From assembly GCA_028534125.1 (NCBI GenBank), contig CM052831.1, positions 12,338,001 through 12,402,000 of the forward strand: 64,000 bases of DNA, written 5' to 3'. The notes below the pieces were generated by a model. That model was given only the letters and a program-made list of their open reading frames with translations. It ran no database searches and was not told the origin of the DNA. Position numbers and translations under genes: made by a program. Shown one piece after another: positions 23,981 through 37,249 of the stretch (its first letter is position 1; the number at the start of each line of letters is the position of its first letter). The stretch is from Lama glama (taxonomy: Eukaryota).

Positions 23981-26214
23981 AGAAACCCTGAAATGTAGCA
24001 ACATAGTCAACATTCTATAGTGAATTAAGGGTACAGCAATTCAGTATTCTTTCTACCTAGTGATACCACTCTATTTACAGGAGACTTCATCCCTTTATCT
24101 TATTTTTAAAAACTAACTTGTAAAACTAACTTGCAAGTAGTCATTTGTTTACTTTCATAGCTTACCTTAGGTAAATGTAAAAACTATATGATCATGGTAT
24201 CAAAACAAGTCATCATATCATAAAGTTGCATTGGCAACTACACCAAAACATTTAAAGCAGCTCTATAACACAGCACATTCAGATATATGAAGACATTGCT
24301 TAAATTTTCTATTGTTACTCAGTAATAGGAGAGGACAGCCTGACATGACACAGTCAAAGGGTTCCAAAGTCCCAATAGTAAGAATTTAATGTACTTTAGA
24401 CAATGCTCTCTCCTCCCTCACACCAATTCTTCTACTCTAAATTTAATTACATGAGTATTTCTTACTTTAACAATCCCACAATGTAGGGCATAGTGTCTTT
24501 AAACACACTCCTAAATAGAAACCTTAATAAATCACTGTGTTTTGGATCAGAGCCATGTCTACAGTATAAATTGGAATGGAAGATAAATGATTCTGCAGAG
24601 GGACATTCACCTAAATAGTTTTATTCTCGGTAACAATGACAGTCCCCTACCTGGGGACTAGAATAGAATGGAACCTCCTGGGAAGTTGGAAGGGTGAGAT
24701 GTCAGTAAAGAAAACTCAGCCCCTACCTACTGAAGCCTTGCCAAGACTAATCTCAACCAAGAGTCAAGGATCTCAAAAGCAGAAGATTGAACAATGGAGA
24801 CATTAAGAAAACTTTCCTTTCTTTCTTATTTTAAGTGAGGCTGAGACTAGGATAGAAACTTAGAAATTCATATCTAGGCAGGGAAAAGTCAGTAAACAAA
24901 AAGCAAGAGCAAGGAGACAAGCAGTCAGATCTTAGGATGAACGAGGGGAGGCACAGGCTTTACACCCAAGAGACGGACCTTGTAGAGGAGAAAGATGCTT
25001 ATGGGGGCAGAACTTAGAATTTTAAAATGCTAGGTTTAAAGCCTAATTCGGCTACTATCAGACTATTGGGAAGTCACCTTTTGAAGCCTGTTTCTTCACA
25101 TGTATTATGGTAATACAGAATTGCATCTGAAAGGATTTCAGATAATGTGAATTAACTTATGAAAATTCAAATGTAAGCACTCAGCAAAGAGAAGAAACAA
25201 TTTAATTAGTGCAAGAGTTTTACTAACCATTAATAGCAATGGCTGTGTGCTCCAGGGGGGCTTACACCACTGTTCCTGCATCCCATGTGCCTCTCACAAT
25301 GTATGCTATAGACGAGATGCCTCATGAGGTCAATAACTTATCTCTCTGGTTCATCCCTGTATTTCCAGTGTCTAGAATATCTGTCATGTAGGAGGCTATA
25401 AAATTTGTGGAAGGAATGCAGGAGGGAGAAAGGAAGGAAAAGAAAAAGGAAAGAAGAAAAAGCAAGCATCTTGTTGCACTGTGTCTTTATTTTTTGGTAT
25501 GCCATGACACCCAAAGAGAAGCCATCCACTTGACCAGTTATTGCGTGGAACAAAACACAAATGAATTCTAATGTTTGTGGGGAAAATTAGCTATGTTGGA
25601 CTTTTGAAAAGATAGAATTCTCAGGGGTAATTCTGACTATACACAAGATTCGGCTTATGTACTTCAGAACCCAACTAACTGATGCAATACAGATGCAACT
25701 CTACTATAATAATAGTCATAACAATGCTTGCATAATGTAACTTACCAGGCTCATATAAGAACTCAATAACACCAAAATATAGAATGGTGTTCTGCATAAT
25801 AATGTTGTAGTAGGCAAATGCCAAGTAAAAATAATTTGTATTTTATCTGACTTCACCTAATCATGTACGCTCTTGTATCGAACTCTGTTACACAACACAG
25901 CTATGGTATATACTTTGTATAGTTACCTGACAAAAGGAATTTCTGTAGTTGAACTACTGGAGATAATGATACCCAAAGGACAGGAAAATTGGCCAACGAA
26001 GGAAATACCTGCTACTCATTCCATCAACCAACTTAGCCTTGCGGTGTTATTGACATTTCCATCTCGGCACCGTGGTGTTTGTCAATAGAGATGCTCACAA
26101 ACAATTAAAAGCTGTGGCTACCATTGTGAAGCTTGTAAGCATGTATTCATTACTACTTGTGAGATGCTTGATAATCTAATGACAACTCGGTTGGTCAGTC
26201 ACTGCTAAAATCCT

Positions 26215-26385
26215 GTGGGTTCATGGTTAAGGGAGCCACCTGTGTCTTCAGACACAACTGAGTTCAAGCTCAGGTTCTCCACTTAATTATCGTATGACTT
26301 TGGACAGATCATTGACATCCCTCTTTGTGCTCTTTTTTTCAACTGAAAAATAATATGCCCACTGTGCATCTCAAACTTGGTAAGG
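26215..26385 (+). mobile_element. MIR fragment
   Basis: 'gagttcaagctcaggttctccacttaattatcgtatgactttggacag'. Confidence 0.65.
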
Positions 26386-27120
26386 CCTAAAAAATAAAAA
26401 TAGTGTTACTGTATGATCCAGCAATCACACGCCTGGGTATATACCCGGAGAAAATTCTAGGTTGAAAAGATATATGCACCCCAATGTTCATAGCAGCACT
26501 TTTTACAACAGCCAAGACATGGAAGCAGCCTAAATGCCCATTGACAGATGAGTCGATAAAGAAAATGTAGAATATACACACAATGCAATACTACTCAGCC
26601 ATAAAAAGGATTGAAATAACATCATTGGTAGCAACATGGATGGACCTAGAGATTATCATACTATGAAGTAAGCCAGTCAGAGAAAGACAAATATTATATG
26701 GTATCACTTATATGTGGAATCTAAAAAAAAAGACACAAATGAACTTATTTACAAAACAGAAGGAGACTCACAGACATAGAAAACAAATTTATGGTTACCA
26801 GAGGGGTAAGGGGGGAAGGAGAAATAAATTGGGAGTTTGGGATTGGCAGATACAAGCTACTATGTACAGAATAGATAAACAACAAGGTCCTACTATATAG
26901 TACAGGGAACCATATTCAATGGCTTGTAATAACCTGTAATGAGAAAGAATATGAAAAAGAATATGTGTGTGTGTGTGCACGTGTGTGTGTGTATACATAT
27001 ACATATATATCTGTGTGTATATATATATACACACAGATATATATATCTGACTGAATCACTATGCTATAGATCAGAAACTAATACAACACTGTAAATCAAC
27101 TATACTTCAATAAAAAGTGG
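26386..27120 (+). mobile_element. 5'-truncated artiodactyl-type L1 (ORF2 end + 3'UTR)
   Basis: 'atgatccagcaatc', 'gcaccccaatgttcatagcagcac', 'gcaacatggatggacctagagattatcatactatgtgaagtaagcca', end 'tgtaaatcaactatacttcaataaaa'; possible degraded TSD aaacttg at 26373 and 27127. Confidence 0.9.
26962..27046. repeat. (TG)n/(TA)n compound microsatellite in L1 3'UTR
   Basis: Directly visible. Confidence 0.85.
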
Positions 27121-27199
27121 GGGGGAAAACTTGATAGGTTCTCACCAGAGCTCTTCAGTTCTCATTCTAATGCTCATACTGTAGCCGGGTCCACATATA

Positions 27200-27970
27200 T
27201 GGCACTACCCCAGGTGATTAAGACAAAAACTTAAGCATCATCATTGATGCTCTTCTTCCCTTTACTCACTCTCTGTGGGCTCTTCTTCCAAAATACATTT
27301 CCTTTCTAACAACTTCTCTTCTCCTCTACCACACACCACTGTAACTTTTTTAGAACTTCAGTAGCTCCCTAACTTGGTTTATTTTCTACTCTTAGTTGTT
27401 GTCATAATAATTCATTTTAAGCCACAAATCACAGCATTCCACTATCTTTCTCAAAGTCTTTTAATGGTTTTCCTTCCCATCTTTATTAGTACAAACTTAA
27501 AATTCCCATACCATGCCCTACAGAAAGATTTTGCATATTCTAATGATCACTTTCCTCTGTGAGTTCATCTTCTACCTTTTCCCCATCACTTATTACGCTC
27601 CAGGGAGACTGTCCTCTATTCCTCACACACATCAAACATTTTCCCAACTGAAATCTTTCCATTATTGTTCTTCCTTCTGTCTGGAATGCTCCTCTGGACA
27701 CTTATCAACAGTCTCATCCATGAGTGCTCAGTCACCTCTTCAGAAAATCTTTCCATAACAATCTTCACTACAAGTCTCTTGCTTTTTGTTGGTCTCAATA
27801 ACCCCAATCTTTCTAGAAACTACCCCAGTCATAATTAGCTTGTTTATTTATGTAATAATTTTCTCACAACTAAAAAGGAACTTTCATGAGATTGAACTTG
27901 TCATGACTGCATGCCAGTATGTGACACATAAAATGTGTTCAACAAATGTTTTTGACTGATGGAATGAATG
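27200..27970 (+). mobile_element. L2 fragment
   Basis: 'ttccttctgtctggaatgctcctc'; ends 'gttcaacaaatgtttttgactgatggaatgaatg'. Confidence 0.7.
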
Positions 27971-28294
27971 GTAGAATAGAGAGGAAGGGGTATCTGGCTG
28001 GGTTGTACATATTGAAGACTAAGATTCCCAAAGATAGCTTTGACTGTACATAATTTTACCCCTGTACACTTAGAACCCATCTCCTAAGCAAGGTATAATT
28101 CTACTGTAATCCTATATGCGTGACCTAACTTATCAGGCTTATGGAAACTCAGTGAGATTAAAATGCATAACAGGCACTTTTAAAAAATATTAAGCGCTCT
28201 GCAAATGTTACATGTATTTTTATTATTATCAGATGTTAATTCTTGGTGTATCCTTTTATATTAACACTGGTACATAATAAAACCGAGTATTCGT

Positions 28295-28813
28295 GTAAAA
28301 GAATGGCTTTAGAGACAAAGAACAGAAAGTCCATTCCAACCCTGCTTAAATGACAAGGGAATTTATTGGCTCAGATAACTGAAAAGTCCTGCAGGACTCA
28401 GAATCTGTTTCTTTGTGATTCTCTCGCTTCTCTCTTTTTGTCACAGCTGGCTTCATCCTTGAGCTGGCAATGCCAAGGATGCCATAGTAGTCTGCCTCGG
28501 CAATGTGTACAGCCAAGGGAAGCCATATTTTTCTGTGGCTTTCTCTTTCCCAATGCTCTTAGCAAGCATCCCATCCTGTCTCCTTTGCTTATACAGAGTC
28601 ATATGTCATTTCCTGAGCCAATTCTTTGGTCCAGGAATGGTTGGTTGTTTTAGGCCTGAGCTCCTACACCAATCACTATCAAAGAGATAGGAGACAAATC
28701 AGACTCATTCTGGAGCTGGAGACAGGCTTGCTTCCCCTGAAGCACCGGTGCTACAAGGAGGCAATGTAAATGCCTAAGGGTAAATGAGGCAGGAAGGGGC
28801 AATATATCTACTA
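28295..28813 (-). mobile_element. MLT1J/K-like LTR
   Basis: 'cttaaatgacaagggaatttattggctcagataactgaaaagtcc'. Confidence 0.7.
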
Positions 28814-29334
28814 TGTTTATGAAGATTAAATAGCCTAAGGCAGGTAGAGCACTTAGACAATAACCGAGGTATGGAAAAATGTTCAATAACACTAACCACT
28901 CTCATTGGGATGAAAACAAATCTGTTTTTCTACGTAAAATTCTAGGTTTGGGCAACAAAGAATTGATGTCAAACCAAGAGAAATTATGGTCTCATATAAA
29001 CCAATTCAGTAGATTTTTTCACTTGACTTGAGGTTAGGTAATATTGTGTATTTTCCATCTGGATTTTGGTCAATCAGTATGTTTTAGTATCTATACCATG
29101 AAAGACATGATCCAAAATGCTGCATAAGACATTAACTCTAAAGTATAGCTTTCTCTAGAAGCTTGGAAGCTAACACATGACAAAGCCTCTAAATCAATGT
29201 ACAATAATATTGTAAGTTGAATATTAAATAAGTGGTATTATATCAACATGCAATAATAAGGTAAATACTAACATTTTATGTCATGTAAATATGCATATGT
29301 AATATGTTTATATAATAACAGAAATACTAAGTGA

Positions 29335-29590
29335 GTGGTTGACCACAGCAGTGTTTAAAAGCCGGGGCACTAGAACCATGCAAAATAGGGTTTGAATCCT
29401 GGCTTTTGGATTAGTATCTGGAATTAGAACTCCTTCCCTAGTTTTAGTCCCCTCTCTTGTAAAACATCCCTATTTCATTGGGTTGTTTAAATAAAATGAG
29501 CTAATCCAAATGAGTGCTGTTGCTGCATCTGGCACATCGTGAGTGCTCCATCAAGGTTAGTTACTCTTAGAATCACCATCCTCATTATGA
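29335..29590 (+). mobile_element. MIR
   Basis: 'gggtttgaatcctggct...ctggcacatcgtgagtgctccatcaa'. Confidence 0.7.
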
Positions 29591-30329
29591 TTCAGTTTTA
29601 TAGAATTCCCCCCAAAAAAAAAGAAAAAAAAATGAAAGAAAAGAAAAAAGAAATCAAGTAAAATAGCCAGGATCTGGTCTTAAAGGAAGTGTAGGGTTCA
29701 AATGGGAGAGGAGATAGCTGGCTACAAAATCACAAGTTAGACTTGAATACTCTGTAAAGAGCTCAAACTGTCTAGGGGGCTGAGATTCATGTGATAATCG
29801 TATTTGTACAGCATATTTTGCACAGCATCATCTCCCAATCCTTCTATTTTTAAATCCAAATAGCTATTATCTTCCCTCACTCCCAGCCCCAACTCAATTC
29901 ACATATGCTTTTTTTTTAACAAACAGGGAAACTGAGACTGGTAATTAAGTACATAAAATACCTTCTCACTATGAGGTATGTTCCAAGAGGGAAGAGACCT
30001 GTTCTTATTTGCTGTTGAAATACAAGAAAGGAGCACAGTGCCTAGCATATTCAAGTGCCCTATGAATAACTACTGAATGGGTGATGATGGAGTAGAAATA
30101 AATGAGTTAAGAAAATGACTTGTTTAGAGTTATCTGACTATTAAGCAGCAGGGATGAAACTGGACAAGAACTTGGGTCTGCTAACTCTCAGTCTTTCTTC
30201 AGTGACTCCTGGCTCCCTCCATGTAAAGGAATAACAAGAGAGGAAACTGTTAAAGAGCGTCTCTGGAGAGTGCAACAGTCAGGAGCTCAGGTGAACGCAC
30301 AAGGAATTGATCCATTGCGTTCTTAGGGC

Positions 30330-30555
30330 AAACACAGCGTAGAGGGGAAGCACACAGGTCTGGTTAAAACCTCAGTTCCTCATCTAACGTGGTTCTGCGA
30401 CTTTGGGTATCTTATTTCCCTCATCCATAAAAAAGGTGTAAAATGATAGTGCTTAACACACAGAGTTGTAATGACTAAAGGAAACAATGCCTGTATATCA
30501 CATAAAACAGTGCTTAGAACACAGAGAGCACTCAATCAATGTTAGCATTACTACT
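30330..30555 (+). mobile_element. MIR
   Basis: 'atttccctcatccataaaa...acagtgcttagaacacagagagcactcaatcaatgttagc'. Confidence 0.7.
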
Positions 30556-30845
30556 TAGAAAGATGGAAGGACCTATATTTTAGAGCACTGTGTTTTCTTA
30601 TTTGCCCTGCCCCTCAGCCCATTGCATCTGAGTACATGCAACTCGGAGTTCTATTGCTCCCTTGTCAGAGCCTTTGACACTTGCTTTCCCAGCTCTAGGA
30701 AAAGTGATCTCATAGAAGGAGAAGGGTGGTCACTGCCTCACTGAAATCACTGAATTCACCCTAGGGAAGCAATCACCTACCTCATCAAACACATGGTTCA
30801 AACTAAGGAAAATGGCCAGTGTTCAGTTTCCATGAGTCTGATACT

Positions 30846-31008
30846 CAGGACCAGCTACACAATTTGTGAAGCCCAGGGCAAAATGAAAATGTGAGGCTTC
30901 TTATTAAAAATACATCAAGAATTTCAAGACAGCAATACAGAGCATTAAACCAAGTATGGGACCCTTCTGAGCCCATGTACAGGTTACACAATCATGAAAC
31001 CAGGCCTG
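30846..31008 (-). mobile_element. MER45A hAT-Tip100 MITE
   Basis: caggaccagctac...aagaatttcaagacagcaatacagagcattaaaccaag...caggcctg; TSD ctgatact/cagatgct (6 of 8 match). Confidence 0.85.
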
Positions 31009-31322
31009 CAGATGCTTTCAACTTTCTACTTCTCCTTTTGGTTTTCCTTTGTAGTCCTCTTCCTATGACTTTTGCCCCCAACATCTGGCAGAAAATGCTC
31101 CTCTCTCCCCACAATCTCTGCATTAAACTTATCTTGCATTTTGGAATCCAACGTTGGGTTCCACCCCTTACTGGCCTCTATGCCCATAGGCATGATGCCT
31201 AGCTCTCTTTAACTCTATTTTCTCTTCTAAAAATTGAGGATGATGATAATAACAGCAACCTTATAGACATTATGGGGATTGAAAGAGCCAATAATTTAAA
31301 AGCTTTTAAATAGTATATAACA

Positions 31323-31500
31323 CACTGGTTCTCAACCCTGGCTGCATATTAGAATCACCTGGAAACTGTTTAAAAAACGCCATTTCCTGGGCCCTACCCA
31401 TGACCAATCAAATCAGAGTCTTTAGGGGTGAGGCTACGACAACTATAGCTTTTAAAAAGCGCCCCCAAGAGATCTGAGTGAACAGGAGAATTGAGTGCCT
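31323..31500. mobile_element. MER5-family MITE nested in a MIR (MIR about 31205-31530)
   Basis: 'ctggttctcaaccctggctgcatattagaatcacctgg...accaatcaaatcagagtct'. Confidence 0.8.
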
Positions 31501-32715
31501 TGTATATGATAAATGCTCAATAATTAATAATAAAATATTAAAGGCTATAATAAATAATAAACTACAGATACAAATAATATAATAATAAATAATAGATGCT
31601 GGCCAGTTATTATTACACAGCTGAGCTAAACAAAGAAGTAATATGTCCTACATTTCAGTTCTTCCCCTGGATCAACTCTGCATCTGGCTTCTTTCTCCCA
31701 CTCTCATGTGCTTTGATCCAGCAAGTACCTGCAGCCAATATAAATCAATACCAAAGATGTCTTACAGTGCTCCCACTGAGACAGCAGTACCTTTGAATAC
31801 AGGTCTTCCCATTAACCCAGAGATGAGAGGGGAAATGTCAACTCCTCCAACAGGGGTCCTTCCTTTGATATCAGGGTGGTGTGTATTCCAAAAGCTCAGC
31901 ACTCTGTGGGTTTTGGGGGGCAGGGAGGACTTCAGTCAAGTCACCAGAGAGCCCTAAATAATGCAAAGCGAAGACAGACAAGGCAGTGGTGAGAATGTTA
32001 ATTTCTTGAGCTTGTATTTCTTTCCCATCAGTGCAGATAATCATCTTTTTGAAAATGTCCTTTTGTCATATTTACGATGGTGACACATCCGTTATGAATA
32101 CAGTAGCTCATTTGCAACATGACCTGACAAATATTGAACATTCTAGGCTACATTTAATTCCAAGGTAACTAAAAGCATTTGTGTTTCTTAGTAACCAGAA
32201 ACGGTTCTGATCACATGAAGCTTGAAAAAGTAGAGCCTTCTACAACTCGTCCTTCATGGTGAATCCACCAATTCAGACCTGGACTGGGACTGGAGTAGGA
32301 GGTGGAAGAGCAGTCAGCTGATGAGTCTGTCCTTGAGATCATGAAGCTCTCAGTCTCAGGCTGAGGTTCACAGACACATTGTCAGAGGGGAGCTGGCTGA
32401 GTCAGTCACGAATAGTTTCCTAACTGAAATCCACTGACCTCCAGCTAAAGAATGGGGTTCAAGACCGCTGGCTTTTGGGACTCAGAATATAAAAACTGAT
32501 TTGTGAAGACCCTCAGAGGCCCCAGTCCCAACATTCAACTGTCAATACCTGTTAGCTTTGCTGAGACTGTGAGATTAAGAGAAATGAGCAGACACTGCCC
32601 AGAGCTGCTTATGTTCTAGTTGGCTCCCTAAATTCTAAAACCTGAGAAGGCAACTCTTAAGGTTTCTGACAAAAAATACATAGGTTTAGATGGCAAAGGA
32701 ATAATCATAGTTAGA

Positions 32716-32990
32716 ACGGTGTTTTTAATAAGTTTTGAAACCACTGTGAGTCCTGAAGTTAATTTAGTAGGTCAAGACAAACATTTATTTCTTTTTAGAA
32801 CAGAATAGACTAAAAAAGTAGACTAGATGAGAATGCTTTCCTTTCAGTTAAGTGAAATGTTAGGATTAAGTATTGTTTTCTAAAAGTTTTGCTTTGTTTA
32901 CATGCATTTATATGTGTGCATAGTAGGTCATAATGCAAAATGGAATTTTTTGCTATGGTTCAATGTCCAGAAAAATGAAATTCACCAAAC
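32716..32990. mobile_element. hAT-Charlie non-autonomous element, subfamily uncertain
   Basis: 'aatttagtaggtcaagac...taagtattgttttc...ggtcataatgcaaaatg' resembles Charlie MITE consensus. Confidence 0.55.
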
Positions 32991-33399
32991 TAGGGGAAAG
33001 TGTTCAGGGCAGAGGAGACAAACTAGAGACTCACAGGATATATATGGCCAGTTAGGAATAAGTGAATTGGGGGTTTTATTATCGTCATTGTTATTTTGTA
33101 CTGTGGTTCACAAAAAGAGATTTTGAAAAAAAATATGAGTTGATGGGCAGTAGTTAAAAGTCAGAAAGCTTTATCTTTTAAAAAGACAGATTTTTCAGCT
33201 CCTCTTCAAATACCAGAGCATCTGGAAATAATCACTCTGTATTCCCACAGGCCAGGATGTCCCAAATAAAATTCTTACCCCAAAATGAAAAAAGTCTCAT
33301 AGGTAAGTCAAGTGGATCCATTTCTATGTTGTTTTCTATCTCTGGGTCCTTTGACTTGACATTGATTTTTTTTTTTAATCCGCATTTGCTCCTGCCTCA

Positions 33400-33838
33400 A
33401 CCTACATTTCTGGCCTTATCACTCACCCATCTTCTGTTCTAGCCATCTTAGAGAGTAACTTACCTAAGGATAGTTCCCACCATCCTCTGGCTGGATGGCA
33501 CTCTCTCTCCTCCCCAGCCCCTCTGCCAATTCAATAAAAGCTTTATCAAAGCCCCGTTTAAATAAGTAGACCTTTCAGAAAGACTTTTTGCCTCTTCTGT
33601 TATCTCTGGTTGTTCCCATCCCTGAATTCTCCTGGTACATTATACCTCTCTACTGGCCTTGCAGTACTCATGATTCTCCAAAATGTATCATCCTTATTTA
33701 TCATCATCTGTCTCCCTGAGCAGGTCATGAGCTCCCTGAATGCAGGAACCATTCACATTTGTCTCTGCTTTCCCACCCCATTGCTCAGACCAGTGAATTG
33801 TATAGAGCAGATACTCAATAGCTGTTTGACAAATTGGA
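33400..33838 (+). mobile_element. L2 3' fragment
   Basis: 'tgagctccctgaatgcaggaacc...gatactcaatagctgtttga'. Confidence 0.6.
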
Positions 33839-33839
33839 T

Positions 33840-34130
33840 TACAGAAAAACTTCAATATAAGGTTATTCGTTATACCATTGTTTCATATAGCAAAAAATTG
33901 AAAATAATCCAACTGTCCATCAGTTGAGTTTGAATAAATCAATTATGCCATGTCCAGACAATGGAATACTCTGAGGCTATTCAAAACTCTTTAGATCTAT
34001 ATTTAGTGATGTCAAAAGATGTTCAAGACGTACTACAAAGTAAGAAAATAACTGACAGAACCATAGAGAGAGCATTATCCAAATAATCTTCAAATAGACA
34101 TTTCTATGTACAGAAAATACCTGAAAAGAT
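33840..34130 (+). mobile_element. L1ME-like fragment
   Basis: 'aaaattgaaaataatccaactgtccatcagttg...acaatggaatact'. Confidence 0.65.
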
Positions 34131-35190
34131 ATTCATTCATTCATCTTACAGGTATTTATTAAATGCCTACTATGAGTCAAGGACTGTTCTAAGAGCTGCA
34201 TACATAAGAGTAAACAAAGCAAAATGTCTATGCACATGGAGATAACATTCTAGCAGGAGAGACAGTAGAGAGAAAAACTGTATTTAAGATAATAATAAGT
34301 GCAACAAAGGGAAATAAAACAGGAATACTGAATTAAAAGTGATAGTGCTAGTGCAGGAAACACTTCAATATTATATAAGATGGTTAGGAAACACCTCTCT
34401 AATGAGAATTTCCACAGAATCCTGAAGTAAGACAACTCGTCACGGAAGTATCCAGGGGAAGAGGATTCCGGGCAGAGGGAACAGCAAGTATAAAGGTCCT
34501 GAGGCATAAGTGTACTTGGTGTGGTGGGATAAAGTGAGTAAAAGGAGAGGTGGTAGGTGATGAGATCAGCGAATTAATGGGAAAGCATGTTATGTGATGC
34601 CCCATAGGGGACTTCGATATTTACTCTGAACAGAAGGAAAAGACTGTCAGGTTTTAGAAAAATAATCAAGAGACTGGTAATGGACACACTGTGTTCCAAA
34701 TGGGAGGAAGACAGTTGGATACATGATCTAGACTTCAGGAGTGAATTCAAGACTAGTATTACAGATTTGGAATGGTATTTAAATCCATTTTTTAGGTAGT
34801 TGAAACTACCTTGAAAATAAATGCAGAGGGCCAAGAGGTCTGAGGACTGAGCCACTCAGGGAATGGAAGCTTAAATAGTTCAGCAAAACTTACTTAGAAG
34901 GAAGGACCACCAAGGAAGCAGATAAAGGAAAGTGGTATGTGAAGGGAGTCCAGTGAAGAAAGTATGCCCTTAAAGAGGAGGATAAGATAAATTCCATCAA
35001 ATTCTGCTGAAAGGTTGAATAAGGGGAGGACTGAGAAATGACCACTGAATTTTGTGACATGAATGTCACTGGTGACCTGAATAAAAGCAAACTTGGAAGA
35101 ATGAGAGGGACAAAAATCAGAATAAATTAGGATCTCAAGAGAGAATGGGAAGGCAGCATTGACAATGAGTTTATACAACTCTTTCAAAAT
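34130..35190 (-). mobile_element. L2 ~1 kb fragment
   Basis: Starts 'attcattcattcatc...tatttattaaatgcctactatg'; includes 'gaggactgagaaatgaccactgaattttgtgacatg'. Confidence 0.85.
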
Positions 35191-35209
35191 TAAGAAATAT
35201 CACACATAT

Positions 35210-35770
35210 TGACACTCATTCTAAAAATCAACTGGCTTTTTCCCCACATACACAAAAATGTCAATGTCATAAAAGGAAAAGAAAAGCTGAGGAGATGTTC
35301 CAGATTAAAACCAAATTGTCATGTCCACTGAACTGTATACATGAGTCCTGATTGAACCCTGGAACAGGGAAAGATGGTTATAAGTAACATCCTTGAAAAA
35401 AAATGAAAAAATTTGAATGTGGATTGCATTTTAAATCAGAGTATTGTATCAATGCTAAACTTCCCAAATTTAATCACTGAATTATAGTTATGTAATGGAA
35501 TGTTCCTTCTTCTTAGGAAATATATCCTGAAGCACTTAGAGGTAAAAGGATACGATAGATGAAACTTACAGTCAAATGGTTAAAAAACCCAGTAAATATA
35601 TATACATATATGTGATTACATAAAATAATAGTCACACATATATGCAGAATATAGAAAATATATATATATAATCTAGGGGAGGCATACATGAAAGTTCTCT
35701 GTATTATTCTCATAATCTTTCTGTAAATTTGAAATTATTTTGCAAAATAATTTTTGAAAATGTTATACTG
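35210..35770 (+). mobile_element. L1MC/ME 3'UTR
   Basis: 'tcaatgtcataaaa...ttccagattaaa', 'gtattgtatcaatgctaaacttccc', 'ttctgtaaatttgaaattattt'. Confidence 0.75.
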
Positions 35771-37249
35771 ATTATTTCTGAGTAATGAAATAATGGAATT
35801 TTTCCTATCTTCTAATCTCTATTTTCTTTTTCAACAGCAAACAGGGATCAATTATTTAAAAACATAACTATTTTAATGACATTTAAAGTATTTAATAAAA
35901 TATATCAATTAACATTATCCACCACTCAAAAGGGCAGTGTTTTAATGATCTTAGTAAATACTAACTTCATGAGACATATTTATCAGATATTTTGAAGTTA
36001 TACAAGATTTATAATAGCTCTGTAATGATGAGATTATATACTCACATCTGATACCTTGTGGGCCAGTGGCCACTTACCAAGAAAGAGGAAGTTAACACAT
36101 TGGGCTTTTGCTTTAAGTATTTTAATATTTATTATAATGGTAACACATCAAATAAATTAATAATTTTGAATTTTCCTTAACTCAATTGCCAGATCTTTCT
36201 TTAGGTCTTAAATTATTATCTCATTTTTCATATGTTCGCTTGATCATCACAAAGGAGAAATCTCAAAAAGCAACTAACTATATCCTTTAGTCTCCTTGAG
36301 AGATTCCTATAGGGAATCTGTGAAAGAAGAGACAGGATTAGAGTAATCAGAGAAGATCTGTTCAGTCAGATTCTCACCTGGGGAAAATCTGGGTTAACGT
36401 GTCATAGCTATCAGAACAAGCTTGCCATTATCATGAAACAGATTTGTAGTAGAAACTCAATAGCCACTTGCTGATTAATTGTCAAGAAAAGGAAGAAAGT
36501 TTATATCAGAGACAACTTGACTTTGCAAGATCTAGCAAGGTTACCATCAACTCTCACTGACTCAGAATATTCAACGTTGGCCATAGTGTTAGGAAGCTGA
36601 GTGGAATTTTCTAAAATGTCAATCCATCTAACAAGAAGGATAAGATAACTCTGCTGACCGCAAGACTTGAAGCACTTTATTGATTTAACAGCCAAGTAAG
36701 AAAGAGAAATGTGGGGGGGGGGAAGTAACCAGTTAAAGCAGCATGGCAGACTAAACAATGTAATTGAGCCTCAACTAAACGTGAATAAAAATAAATAAAA
36801 ATATGAGTATCTATTCTATTGCTTTGACAAATTGGCAAAAAGGTAAGAATTCTCCAGAGACCTAAAGTTAAGGGAAAAGAAGAGTTCAACATGGTAAACA
36901 GAGGACCAGGGCTCGCTGTTACCCCAAGGGCATCTTCTGAGCCCAGATAACTCTGAACTTCACTTTTCTTGGCCTCACAGGGAGTTGAAGACACAAGAAA
37001 AGTCTTTCAGAGTGGGAAGCCTAGTAGGAGATTCCACACATAAACCTGAGCTAGAAAATTACACCCTCAGCAGGCAAACTGGAAATAAAACTGTACCTCT
37101 CAGGAGTAGAAAATAAAATTAGCCATCTAAACCTTGTTTCTGGATGGAAGCTAGGAGGAAATATCTAATATTAAAAAGCAAAGAGCACACATGATACAAA
37201 AATAATAATAATAATAACAAGTTTTCATAAAGGATAAACAGTGAAATAT

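Noticed and set aside
26387-27034. ORFs such as MWNLKKKTQMNLFTKQ...
   Set aside because: Typical spurious L1 3'-region translations on both strands
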